Positions 25,245 to 35,116 of a DNA stretch of 40,707 nucleotides are shown here, in pieces; within the stretch, counting starts at the first letter, position 1, and every line of letters starts with the position of its first letter. Below the pieces are notes generated by a model that worked only from the letters and a program-made list of their open reading frames with translations, did no database searches and was not told the DNA's origin. The stretch is from Psammoneis japonica (Eukaryota). Location: positions 76,365-117,071 of the forward strand of contig QPGO01000210.1 in assembly GCA_008632985.1 (NCBI GenBank), written 5' to 3'. The translations under genes and the position numbers were made by a program.

Positions 25245-26102
25245 TCAAGTTCTGTGATGAAACTCAGGATCAGTGATGTTTGAAACCTCCGAATCTTGCG
25301 TTGACGAAATCTCAATGTGATCGACTGGAAGAGAAAACTCGGGATGTTTGGCGCGACTCTGGAAAGTGTCCTCTCGGCTGCGCTTCCTGACGTCTTTTAC
25401 GGCTCGATCCTCCGCTCGGCGTTCAGCACGTCTCTTTCGGCTTCGTTCTCTTCTGCGCTGTGCAGAGGTTGAAAATGAATCGGGGGTTCCAAATGCTGCA
25501 TCCTGCGATCCATGAGAATGGTGCGCATGCGGCGATCCAAAACATGCATGTGGCGGCATGTGATGGGGAGCAGGAGGTGGACGAAAGCAAGCAGCCGACA
25601 TCCAATGATTACAGGGAGGAGACAAAAAAGCTTGAGCCGGAGCACACTGGCATCCAAGATTGGGCACACCCGGCGGCATCATGAAAGCATCGCAGGGGCG
25701 AGAGTTCCTCACATCGAGAGAGCCATGAACGACAGGAGGAGAAAAAGCAACACCATTTCGAATGCACTCGTTCCACTCATCAATCAAAGAAGCTTGAGAT
25801 TTGGCGGAATGGGTCGATGCGGGCGATGCAGGTTCTGGAGCTTCCGGTGGAACGTCGGGTCCGGCGGAAAAGAATGCCTTCTCAACAAGCTCTTGCTCCT
25901 TTGGATCCGTTGTCGCTTGTCCCACCAGACGACGAGTGGGCATGGGAAAGGAAGCAAAAGAAAAGAGGAGGATGAGTGTAGATGCAAGAGGTGCAATCTT
26001 CATCGTGTCGAAAGCGATGTCGAGACGAGACGATGAGTTTTGTGTTTGGCGGGATTTTGTTTTCCACGGGAAAAGTGAGTGGCGAGACCTCGTTTCAATC
26101 AA
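25245..26102 (-). pseudogene. Accessory ORF (or upstream exon) of the Helitron, function unknown
   Basis: 285-aa open frame upstream of and co-oriented with Rep-helicase; basic cluster QRRRERSRKRRAERR; Pro/His/Cys-rich segment. Long ORFs arise easily in TpA-free DNA, so support is limited. Confidence 0.4.
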
Positions 26103-26671
26103 GAGCTCGCAGGCGCGGAAGTTAGGTGCGACTATTCGTGGTTGAATATTTATTGAAATTGACGTAGAATCCTACTGAAATCAAGTTGAATTCTATTTTA
26201 CCGATAGTGACTCTGTTTTGGTAATAGTAGATGTTTTACTATATAAAAACTGTAGATATTTTGAGAAGCGCTTCGGGGAAACTCTGTTCGGACCGTTAAA
26301 TAGAAATTTTTTTTATTCAGATTCCAGAGTTCTTTCGGGGTGTTCTGTAAGATTTTTGAAATGGTATATGTATATATTAGAGACATAAGCAAATTCAATG
26401 ATATGTAATAGCCTCAGAGACCGACATAAATTTATCTTCCATGTAGACCGCGTAGATTGTGTACCGGCCGAAAATCCACCGCCTGTCAACTCATCAGTAG
26501 TAATTCTACGTATATTCTACATACACCTCACACACGTACACACACCTACACAGTCTAATAACCGCGCACACGTGCGCGAGATTAATTTTTTCAATTCTAT
26601 ATAAAGTTGATTATGGAACGGTTTCTACGGGATGTTGTGCCCATAGATTCCCACGAGCTCGAAATAATGTA

Positions 26672-26992
26672 CCGTGATTATCATAGAAAATCTGTGCCAC
26701 AGATTTTGGTTCAACATTAGTACAGATTTTCAAGTATTCCGGAGAAATAGATACAGATTCTCAAAAAGTATAGATTTTCACTGATGATTCTGCTAAAACT
26801 TGATTTGGGTTTTCTCAGATTTGAAGAACCCCCTCCCCAGTTAGGCCTGGCGCGTTCTACGTAGATCCTACGTACATTTGTACTGGGGTACAGATTCCAG
26901 ATTTCCGTTCAGAATAGGTACAGATTTTCTAAAGCCCTGAAAAAATAGGTACAGATTCTGATTTTGGCACAGATTTTCTATGATAATCACGG
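26672..26992. mobile_element. MITE with perfect 28-bp terminal inverted repeats, probably Tc1/mariner-type
   Basis: ccgtgattatcatagaaaatctgtgcca (26672-26699) and its exact reverse complement (26965-26992); flanked by TA on the left and CA on the right; internal repeated tacagatt motifs. Confidence 0.9.
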
Positions 26993-27598
26993 CACCGGTA
27001 TTTAGTAACCCGGATCGTTACACTGTTGTCACTTGTAACATTTCAATGAGCAGAACTTTTTAGAGCTATGAATGTAGTAACGTGATACTGGTAGATACAA
27101 AAGGTGAAATCTGACTTGGACTCGTTTTGGACAAAACGGCGCCTCTCGTCAAGAGATATTCTTTCTTGAGCACCAATCGCCTTGACTTTTGACGATGAAG
27201 CTAACGGTATTTTCGCGGAGGAAGACAGGAATGATGAGACGATCGCGTTGCGAAAATGGGCGAGTTCGCGTGCCGCTTGGCTTTGTCAGAATAAACCAGG
27301 TCCGTGCCCTGTAGGGCCCCACTTTTCTGTTTGGAGGTGTCGAAAGAGGATAATAGAGAGGCGAACAATTACGGCATAGTGCGTGTGGCGTTTCAACCAA
27401 AAGACTAACTCTCTCGAGACAATACAAGATAGACACCGATAGGAATTATGAACCATAATTTGAGATTCTCCGGCGGGAGACAGCGTCTAAATTTTCAACC
27501 AAAGGACTAGCTCTCAAAGTAGATACAAAGAGAAATTATAAACATTATGAATTATGAGTATACGTACCTTGCTTACCTTACCTATTTCTTCACTTCCC

Positions 27599-28675
27599 TC
27601 ACCAGTTGACAAGTTGTTCCATCGAGACAACCGTGATTCTTCCAAACATCGAGTCGACTCGCTGCTCAACCGACTTGATAAGAAACTTTGTGCCTGGCCG
27701 AAACAATACTTCACATTCATGCTGATTCTTTTTGAGTGCCAGTGCTTTTACGTCCAAGCCCGTCTTGCTTTCAATCTCGAAGAGAGTATTGCGGCCGCCT
27801 TCACCGGTGATAAAGCTCTTGCACTTTTCCTTCTTGCGAGATGAACTCAGAAAGGCTAGGTCGCAGAAGGTACCACCAGGCTTCAACAAATCGTATAAAT
27901 CTTGCGATAATTCGGTACCACGATACACAACACCATTGAAGGAGTTTAGCTTTGGAGAATATTGGAGGGCGTGATCCACGTCGCTGGCTCGTGACTTCAA
28001 CATTTCGGGATTAACCACCGTTTGTTGACCACGAAGCAACTTGTTAATCTCCGAGTACCCCGAGCCTGTGTAATCCTGGATCGCAAGCTTATCCGCTTTG
28101 TCTTGCTGGCGCTTCTTCTTTGTATGCAGTCTCTTGATATCTTTGTAAACCTTCTTCATCAAGTTGGCTCGTGACTCGACGCGTCTCTTCTTTTCTCGTA
28201 CGAAGTCTTGAACGGCTCGGCACAACTGCATTCTTTCAGCAATCTTGCAACGGCATTCCAACAGAATCATGATCCATCTGAGAGGGAAAGTGGGACGACA
28301 TGGTACGATCTGCGTAGAAGAGAACGAAGGAGAAACAGAATCGGTGAGTGGTAAAGTAAGAGGGACATTGCAAGAATCAGCGACGGCCCGCTGTGCCACT
28401 ACAAGAGAAGAACTCAAGCCGGGCGAGAGTGTAGTAGTCAGCGAACGTCTCATTCCGAGTCCCACGGGGACCGTCATGATGGTGGGTAACTGAACAAACG
28501 CCAAATGTTGCCCACCAGCGATCGATGCAAAAGGACGCTGCTGCCGAGTCACGAAAACCGCAGCAGCAAGCACAGTTCTTTGTTGTGGGTCATGAACTGC
28601 AATACCCATCACGCCAGAACGAAGCTGGGTGCAAAAGCGAGAGCGCATGTATCGAGTTGATAGCATAAAAAGCAT
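27599..28675 (-). CDS. Mono-ADP-ribosyltransferase of the R-S-E (VIP2/C3/ARTC-like) class with a long N-terminal extension
   Basis: AIQDYTGSGYSEINKLLRG helix, VYRG (catalytic R), AFLSSS (STS motif), LFEI, ECEVLFRPGTKF (ExE); uninterrupted 358-aa frame. Confidence 0.88.
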   Translation of the reverse strand: MLFMLSTRYMRSRFCTQLRSGVMGIAVHDPQQRTVLAAAVFVTRQQRPFASIAGGQHLAFVQLPTIMTVPVGLGMRRSLTTTLSPGLSSSLVVAQRAVADSCNVPLTLPLTDSVSPSFSSTQIVPCRPTFPLRWIMILLECRCKIAERMQLCRAVQDFVREKKRRVESRANLMKKVYKDIKRLHTKKKRQQDKADKLAIQDYTGSGYSEINKLLRGQQTVVNPEMLKSRASDVDHALQYSPKLNSFNGVVYRGTELSQDLYDLLKPGGTFCDLAFLSSSRKKEKCKSFITGEGGRNTLFEIESKTGLDVKALALKKNQHECEVLFRPGTKFLIKSVEQRVDSMFGRITVVSMEQLVNW

Positions 28676-30195
28676 AACTGCAATAGCAAGGGGTACAACC
28701 GTAACTCTACAACGAGCAAGAGGATTGTGAGAGCTTCAGCAGCAGAACTGATTTTGCCGATTTGCTTCGATGGTCTGTGGTGGGATTGCTTGTGGTACTG
28801 ATTCTACGTATTTCTACGCAGTGATTTTTGAAACTGCAGGTTTGCCCTCCATTTACCCTCGCCGAAAGTCTCGCCAAAAGTGGGTTGCTTGAGGTAGGTT
28901 CGATCAGAATTTTGTCGTGAAATGAGGTTCGTTTGAAAAAAGTTCATTGGAAACTGCTACTTGCGAATGTGTGGGTTTCGGGCGTCACCCAGACGTAGAA
29001 GCGAGTTGACCGCCAGATGGATGCTTGACGACACCATTCTATGATGGCATTGTAGCAAGCGATTAGACTAGCTGTTGAGTCACATGGAGCCGTCCGAGAT
29101 TTGCTCAAGCAAGAATATAGGCTCATTGAGTTTTGTGTCTCTATAGAGTGCAATCTAGCTTCTAAAAAAATGCTGGGGCTAGAGTATAGAAGCAACGTAA
29201 CAACATTATTGGTCGAGACCCGTTTTCATTTCCAACAAAGCATGACATTGCGTGTACTTTTTTGGTTCCCCATCATTCTTTCTATCTGCGCATTCTATTC
29301 TTCTTCTTGTACCTTTGCCATGGATATCCCTCTCGTGCCTGTACAGTGCAACTGGTCGCCTGACATGATTGAGTCGATCCTTTCTTGAGACGTCAGTTCA
29401 TTCCACTCAAAAGTGCAGGGGTGCCAGTCAAAGAAAGGTGACCATTCTACATGCGAACTAAGAGGTACAAATGCCAATACTCTACTTTACAGTCCAGTCG
29501 AAAGCAAAATCTTCAAAAATTATTTTACGTAGACTTTTCTGCAAGCGACGGCTTCCAATCAAGCCCAACCGTGTTCGTCTTTTCAAATGCAATACAGTAC
29601 CGTCCATATTGCTTACGATGCAGTGGCAGTGGCAGCGTGAGCGTGAGCGGGTTGACCAACAATGCCGTCATAGTTACGAATGTACTACGACCCAAGATGC
29701 TCTGCAACCATGTAGGATTTTCGAGATGGATTCTCGCCCATGTTCTCGAGTAGCTGATCGTAATAATGCAGCTGGTGTAGCAACACCAACGCGGAGCAAG
29801 ACGAACTGGCAGGCACCGAAGAGCGTGCATACTCCTTGAAGGCATTCGCGTCACTGGCTAGAGATTCCTCGCTGAGATCTGCCTTGATCTCTCCGAAAAG
29901 GGTTCGCGCCAGCCATTCGGCTTGTAAACCTGAGTTTGTACAGTTGAAAATGAAGCTATGAAGTGGTTACCGAATATCCAAAAAAACATGAAGCATTGCG
30001 GCAAAACAATGAAAGATTGGATGCTTCGTTTTCAATTTTATTGGCCGTACCATATGAAAATCTTGTGCTTAGGGCTCGAAAGCGACCATTTCGAATATGC
30101 GGTTGCACAAGGTGGGGAACGGTTGCTTTTGCGTCGCGCAAAACCTTCGCTCAGCCGAAGTAGCGAGAAGACAATATGCTTCCGGGTAAAGTCTG

Positions 30196-31144
30196 CTATG
30201 CATCGACACGAGGTACCAAAGTGTCAAGAATCCAATTCAGCTTTGAAGTTACCTCGTCCATTGTCCTCCTCAGACGCCATTTAGCACGGTCCAAATCTAT
30301 GTGGTAAAAGGTACCGTTGGCATCGACCATGACTTGAAAGTCATGTATTAAATTAGCAATTTCAGCGACCTTGTCTTTCAATCTTTGCTGTTCCTCTTCT
30401 CGTATTGGATTAGTAATCAAGGGGCGAAATGTTTTCAAACTATGAATGGTAAGCTTGAAGTTGTTGCGCCAAGATCCAAGCTGCCACAAGCATGTTTGGA
30501 ACTGGGGATCCGTCTCATCTTTTGTATAATCACGATGGGGTTATCTCTGAAAAGTGTCACCTGGGGTTCGCCGGCAGCTTCTCTAGGGAGTGGTAGACAT
30601 AGTCATTCAGCACGACGAGCTGTTCTTTGGTAAGGTTAACCTTGTATGGGAATTCCATTCCCAACTTTTCAATCCCATAGTCTGCGTACAACACCTCTTC
30701 GAGGCGATGTGCCCCTTCCATGGCAGAATGGAATTTTCCCATTGCTACTAGATATCCCATTGATTGGTTGGTGGTCGAATCATAATAGCATTTATGGTCT
30801 CCACAGTTGCTTCGGCTGGTGCTCCAATACATGTCCGACCACGGATAAATCTCGCCCATGACTTCTTGTACGGTTTTGATATCGGCTTGAAGCTTTGTTT
30901 TTCAATAACTTGGCTTGTGATTTGACCGGGTCCTCTGTAGTAGTTGTCTGATTAGTATTCCCGATCCCCGTGGCTTGTCTGCCATGATTACAAAGCTCGC
31001 AATGGCCATATTCCTTGCAGACTCGTACTGTAGTAGTCATTCATGTCCTTCATGCGCAAGAAGGTGTACCGTACAGGACATTGAGAAGAAGAGCCACACC
31101 AATGATAGACAGAGCGAAGCAGCTATTCGAGAGGCCACCTTCAT
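30196..31144 (-). CDS. Membrane-anchored protein with a possible minimal atypical kinase-like domain; frameshifted in this assembly
   Basis: N-terminal hydrophobic anchor MKVASRIAASLCLSLVWLFF; consecutive ORF pieces 30792-31040, 30557-30859 and 30196-30489; C-terminal IHDFQVMVDANGTFYHIDLDR with two Asp spaced like kinase catalytic and Mg-binding loops. Confidence 0.55.
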
Positions 31145-31413
31145 CTTTGGCTTGCTATGTCTTCTTAATCGCTCGCTCGGAGACGGTGAAGTCAATGAAG
31201 CGCTTGACAGATCAATCACGAAAAAGTGGTCGTCGAGCAACTCCGTTGATTCAGGTTTGCCCGATGTCTCTCTGTGTAGATTCTACGTAAATGTCATACT
31301 ACTCTGAATCTTGCAGGGAACATGACTTTTGACATTTCTTCCAAATCACAATTTGCCGCGCAAACAGCATGAGATGACAACTCACAGAGCAAATTCGCAA
31401 TCACAATAGAACC

Positions 31414-33431
31414 ATGGGCTTCCTTTACGAGAGTGAGAAAGACAATGACGCTAAAAGTAGGCAACGTGTAAACCAGCGCTTTGTACGGCTCATGGTGTTG
31501 ATTGGTATTTGCATATTTGGAGTTGGTTTGGTCGTACATCAAGACTCGTCGTCGGCGGCGCTGAAAGGAGTCTCTTTACGAACCGTCGTGTCGTTTTCTT
31601 CAGGATCCAGTAAAGACGCTATCGAGAAACTCTTGTATCGTGCAGAAACTGGCGAGAAGCGAAGCTGTCACTCAACTCAAGATTGACTATGGAGAAGAAT
31701 ATTTCAACAAGCTGTTCGTCACGGAAAGCGGTGAATCGATTGGCAAGACAATCTTTACGTCTCCCAAACATGATCCCAAAGATCCCGAGTATGATATTGA
31801 AGACGATGATTCTCGCTTTCGTTTCGTTCAAGGCCTCATGAAAAAAATTGTGCAGGCACAATTGAAGCAAGAACCGCGTTTTGTTTGGGCCACGGGCGGT
31901 CATTCGGCTGCTGCAGGACACGGGAATTTCCATAATGAGTCTTTCACGGCCTTTATGGAACGTACCTCCAAGAATATGTTTGCTGCAGTAGGCATTGATA
32001 TGGAGGCGCGTAACTATGCCATGGGAGGAATGAGATCTGCACCAGAATTGGCGCTATGCAATGAAGCCGTGTATGGAAATGATGCCGATGTTTTAACATG
32101 GGATTTTAGCATGACAGAAGGTAATAATTATTGGGCAACCATGCTCTATGGTCACCGTGCCGGTATTCATCGGAATCGTCCTGCTTTGTTCGAGTTTGAT
32201 GCAACTCAACCCAAATTCAAGCATCGACTTGAAAATTTGGCCACTTTGGAAGGCATGGGAATGGCGACATTTGCATACCGCTTCGAAGATGCTTTATATG
32301 AAAAGTTGCCGGACATGCAAATTATAGTTGAGCCAGAGGAGATCGATGCAATTCCAGAATTTGTGCGGCACTTTAAATGTGGAGAGCAGCTAGAGACTGG
32401 AGATCCGTCGTGCGCCGAGCACAAGTATACGCCGGTCGACTATAAAATTAAGGGACGAGTGAGCTGGCATCCTGGGTGGTGAGTATATCGTTATCTTTTG
32501 CTGATTGTTGTTAGCTTGATTGACAGTCAAATAAGATACAGTGAAGGTGTCATCTAAGCATTTTTCGGTCCTCTTCCCCTCTCTGGCTCATATCAGGAAA
32601 TTCCAAGCTTTGAAGGGAAACATGATTGCTCTGTTTTTGATGGACGCATTAGAGGAAGCTTTGATAGAATTGATCGACATGTACAATGATAATCCAGACA
32701 TTTCGCCGCTACATATGCTGGAAGTGCTACAGGAACAGCAGGACCTGGACTACGAGAAGTTTCAGATCTTGGGAAAAGATAAATTGCTGGACTCGCCAAG
32801 GATACTGGAGGAAAAACCGGAAGAATACAATGTCTTGTTGCGCAATCGCGCCTTGTGCCACACAGGACTACTGCCATCAAAATCTCGTTATTTGGGCATC
32901 TCGTCCAACACACCCGGCGCCTTTTATGAGGGTTCCAGCGCATGGGATGAACCACCGCCACCTACCAATGGTGAAAGTGAATGGCGTCTCGTTTTCGATC
33001 CGAACGAGCACCACATGTATTCGGGACTGACTAATCGTACGGTGCTGATTGATTACAAAGATTGGTACCAAATTGATACGGCCAATGGTGCCTCATCCCT
33101 TGTATTACCCAACCAGGCTGAGTTGGATGCGTACCTAGAAAAAGAACCTTTGAAACAAGCTTCCTTGATTGTAATGTGTCTTGCAACTTGTCCCTGGGGC
33201 AAGTGTGCCAAAGGCACCATGGGTATGGAAGATATCAACGATGGCAACGTGACGATATCTGTCAATGATCAGCGCGTATCTAAGGTGGAAGATTTGGGAA
33301 AGTGCTTGGTCTTTCAGAACGAAAACGAGAAGTACGAATGGCAGCCCAACAGCAACGGCCAGTACAAGGTGACGGTGCAAGTTCATCCCGCAGAATCCTT
33401 TCTCAAAGTGTCATCCGTTATCATACTATAA
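31414..33431 (+). CDS. Type II membrane protein with SGNH-hydrolase-like domain; intron 32479-32596; indel near 31640
   Basis: N-terminal TM helix; GGHSAAAGHGN (block I-like), RNYAMGG, DADVLTWDFSMTE, SWHPGW|K across a GT..AG intron. Confidence 0.7.
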
Positions 33432-34020
33432 ACCGACCACAAATGTAATAGTCACTAGCACTATATCTACTAGGAAAGGGTTGCAATGCAGATAAATCAC
33501 GCAACCAACACTTAGTAGCTGTTGTGCGCGTGTGGTCCGCAGTCTCTAGGCACAACTTACTCCTCGTACTACCATACCCTATTTGATGAGCATGGACCTT
33601 TAGTCTACTATAACAGGTCACCCGTTTCTGAATCATTCCCTTTTTAGGGAAGGAAGAATCAAAGATTTGCCAAGGGTAACTCGCTGTCGATAGAAATGCA
33701 CTTATACCGCCTGTCATGCTGCCAGGCAAACGTCACCATTGCACTGGATGAAATAACAACCATTCTAGAGGAATCCTTGGCGGCCAAACCAAAGTCATAC
33801 CTGACTCTTTAACTGCGCGAGTTCCCTCATGACCGTACCGTGGCTAGCACTTGGCTTTTTGAATGAGCAATCGCAACTACATAATACAGAAAGCTCAGTC
33901 TCTAAACGAGTAAGGCAACAAGACGGCCCAATTGCCTATACCCAATTATTTTCTCATTCCGTCCATCTTCGCTATATGCCTCTGTCAATTCTAAACAAAA
34001 ATAGAATACTACCTACTGCC

Positions 34021-34521
34021 CTAAGAAAGCCCCATGAGAATGAGCAACACGAGAAGAATAGACAATCCAGCAATAATCAAGTAGAGCCTCCATACAGACT
34101 GATTGGCCTTGACTTGAGCCGCTCTCCTCGTTTCTCCTTCCAATCCAGCTTGAGCTAAATCGACATTTTGCTCGACATCTCCGAGTAAGCCCACGTGCAT
34201 TCTGGCTTCGTCTGAAATCATGACGGTTTGATCCTTGAGCCTTCCCACCCCGATTGCCAATTCATCAATCATATCGTCTTGTTGCTTCATGGCGTTCTGA
34301 ACCGCCGAGGCCTTTGGCTGTTGCAAGTGCTGAATCAATCGACGTCGACGAGAAATCTCCGGAGCGGAGAGCGGCAACGAATTCAATTCATGATCGAGTC
34401 GGCCAAGTCCCATCTGAAGGGCTTGTTGCGACTGAGCGTCCGAACGCATACCCTGAGTACGCATCTGACTTGCCACACGGGCCAAGCGAGCGTATTCATT
34501 GTCCCAATCAGCAACAGACAT
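34021..34521 (-). CDS. Qc-SNARE (syntaxin-8/SYP5-like)
   Basis: EISRRRRLI helix, SNARE heptads MKQQDDMIDELAIGVGRLKDQTVMISDEARMHVGLLGDVEQNVD, and C-terminal TM anchor. Confidence 0.88.
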   Translation of the reverse strand: MSVADWDNEYARLARVASQMRTQGMRSDAQSQQALQMGLGRLDHELNSLPLSAPEISRRRRLIQHLQQPKASAVQNAMKQQDDMIDELAIGVGRLKDQTVMISDEARMHVGLLGDVEQNVDLAQAGLEGETRRAAQVKANQSVWRLYLIIAGLSILLVLLILMGLS

Positions 34522-35116
34522 GGCGGTAATGTTTAAGTAACAACTTGAAACTGTAGCAGACTGTAGCGACCGGGTGTCTGCTGCGTTGCTTTGTTGCTTT
34601 GCTGTGTTTCTTTCCCGGGTGGTGCGCTCGTGTTGTTGTCTGTGTTGTTTGTTGTCTGGCTGTGTTGTGTTGATTTGCGCGAATCGAAAAAGCTCGCGAA
34701 GAACTCTTGCCGCATAGTCTACGCATGCCATCATGAAGGTTGCATTACTGCGAAATACCTGACAATTGTCATAATGAAAAGTGGCAAATTTCTTTTACAT
34801 TTTTTTTCAGTCAACCTCAACCAAAGTTCAAAACAAAAGTTGCGCGCTTCGGTTCGCTCTCGCACACTTGTGCGTGTGGCTGGTGCTCTGACTTCTCATG
34901 TTGTTGGCAGCACAGCTCAAATGATTGCTTCCATCAAACGAGCAATGGTCATCATTGCAACGAGGACATCAACATGGAAGCTGCGGCACAGCAGACTGCA
35001 CGACGTGCAGTGCAGAATGACCCTGCGGATCAAAGGGCGGCTGCCCGCATTGCCGTTGGGGCTCACAGGGAGCTCTGAGTGACACGTGCACGGCTCCCCG
35101 ACCCACCACGTGGTGG

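Larger units (their letters stand above)
18297..26581 (-). mobile_element. Formerly autonomous Helitron2-type rolling-circle transposon (about 8.3 kb), now mutated
   Basis: Same termini as 16900-17621 (asymmetric IRs at 18328-18337 and 26570-26579, terminal hairpins) enclosing a Rep-helicase gene; no AP-endonuclease domain recognised. Confidence 0.9.

Noticed and set aside
28944..30190. Short ORFs between the ART and kinase-like genes
   Set aside because: No recognisable motifs or consistent exon structure.
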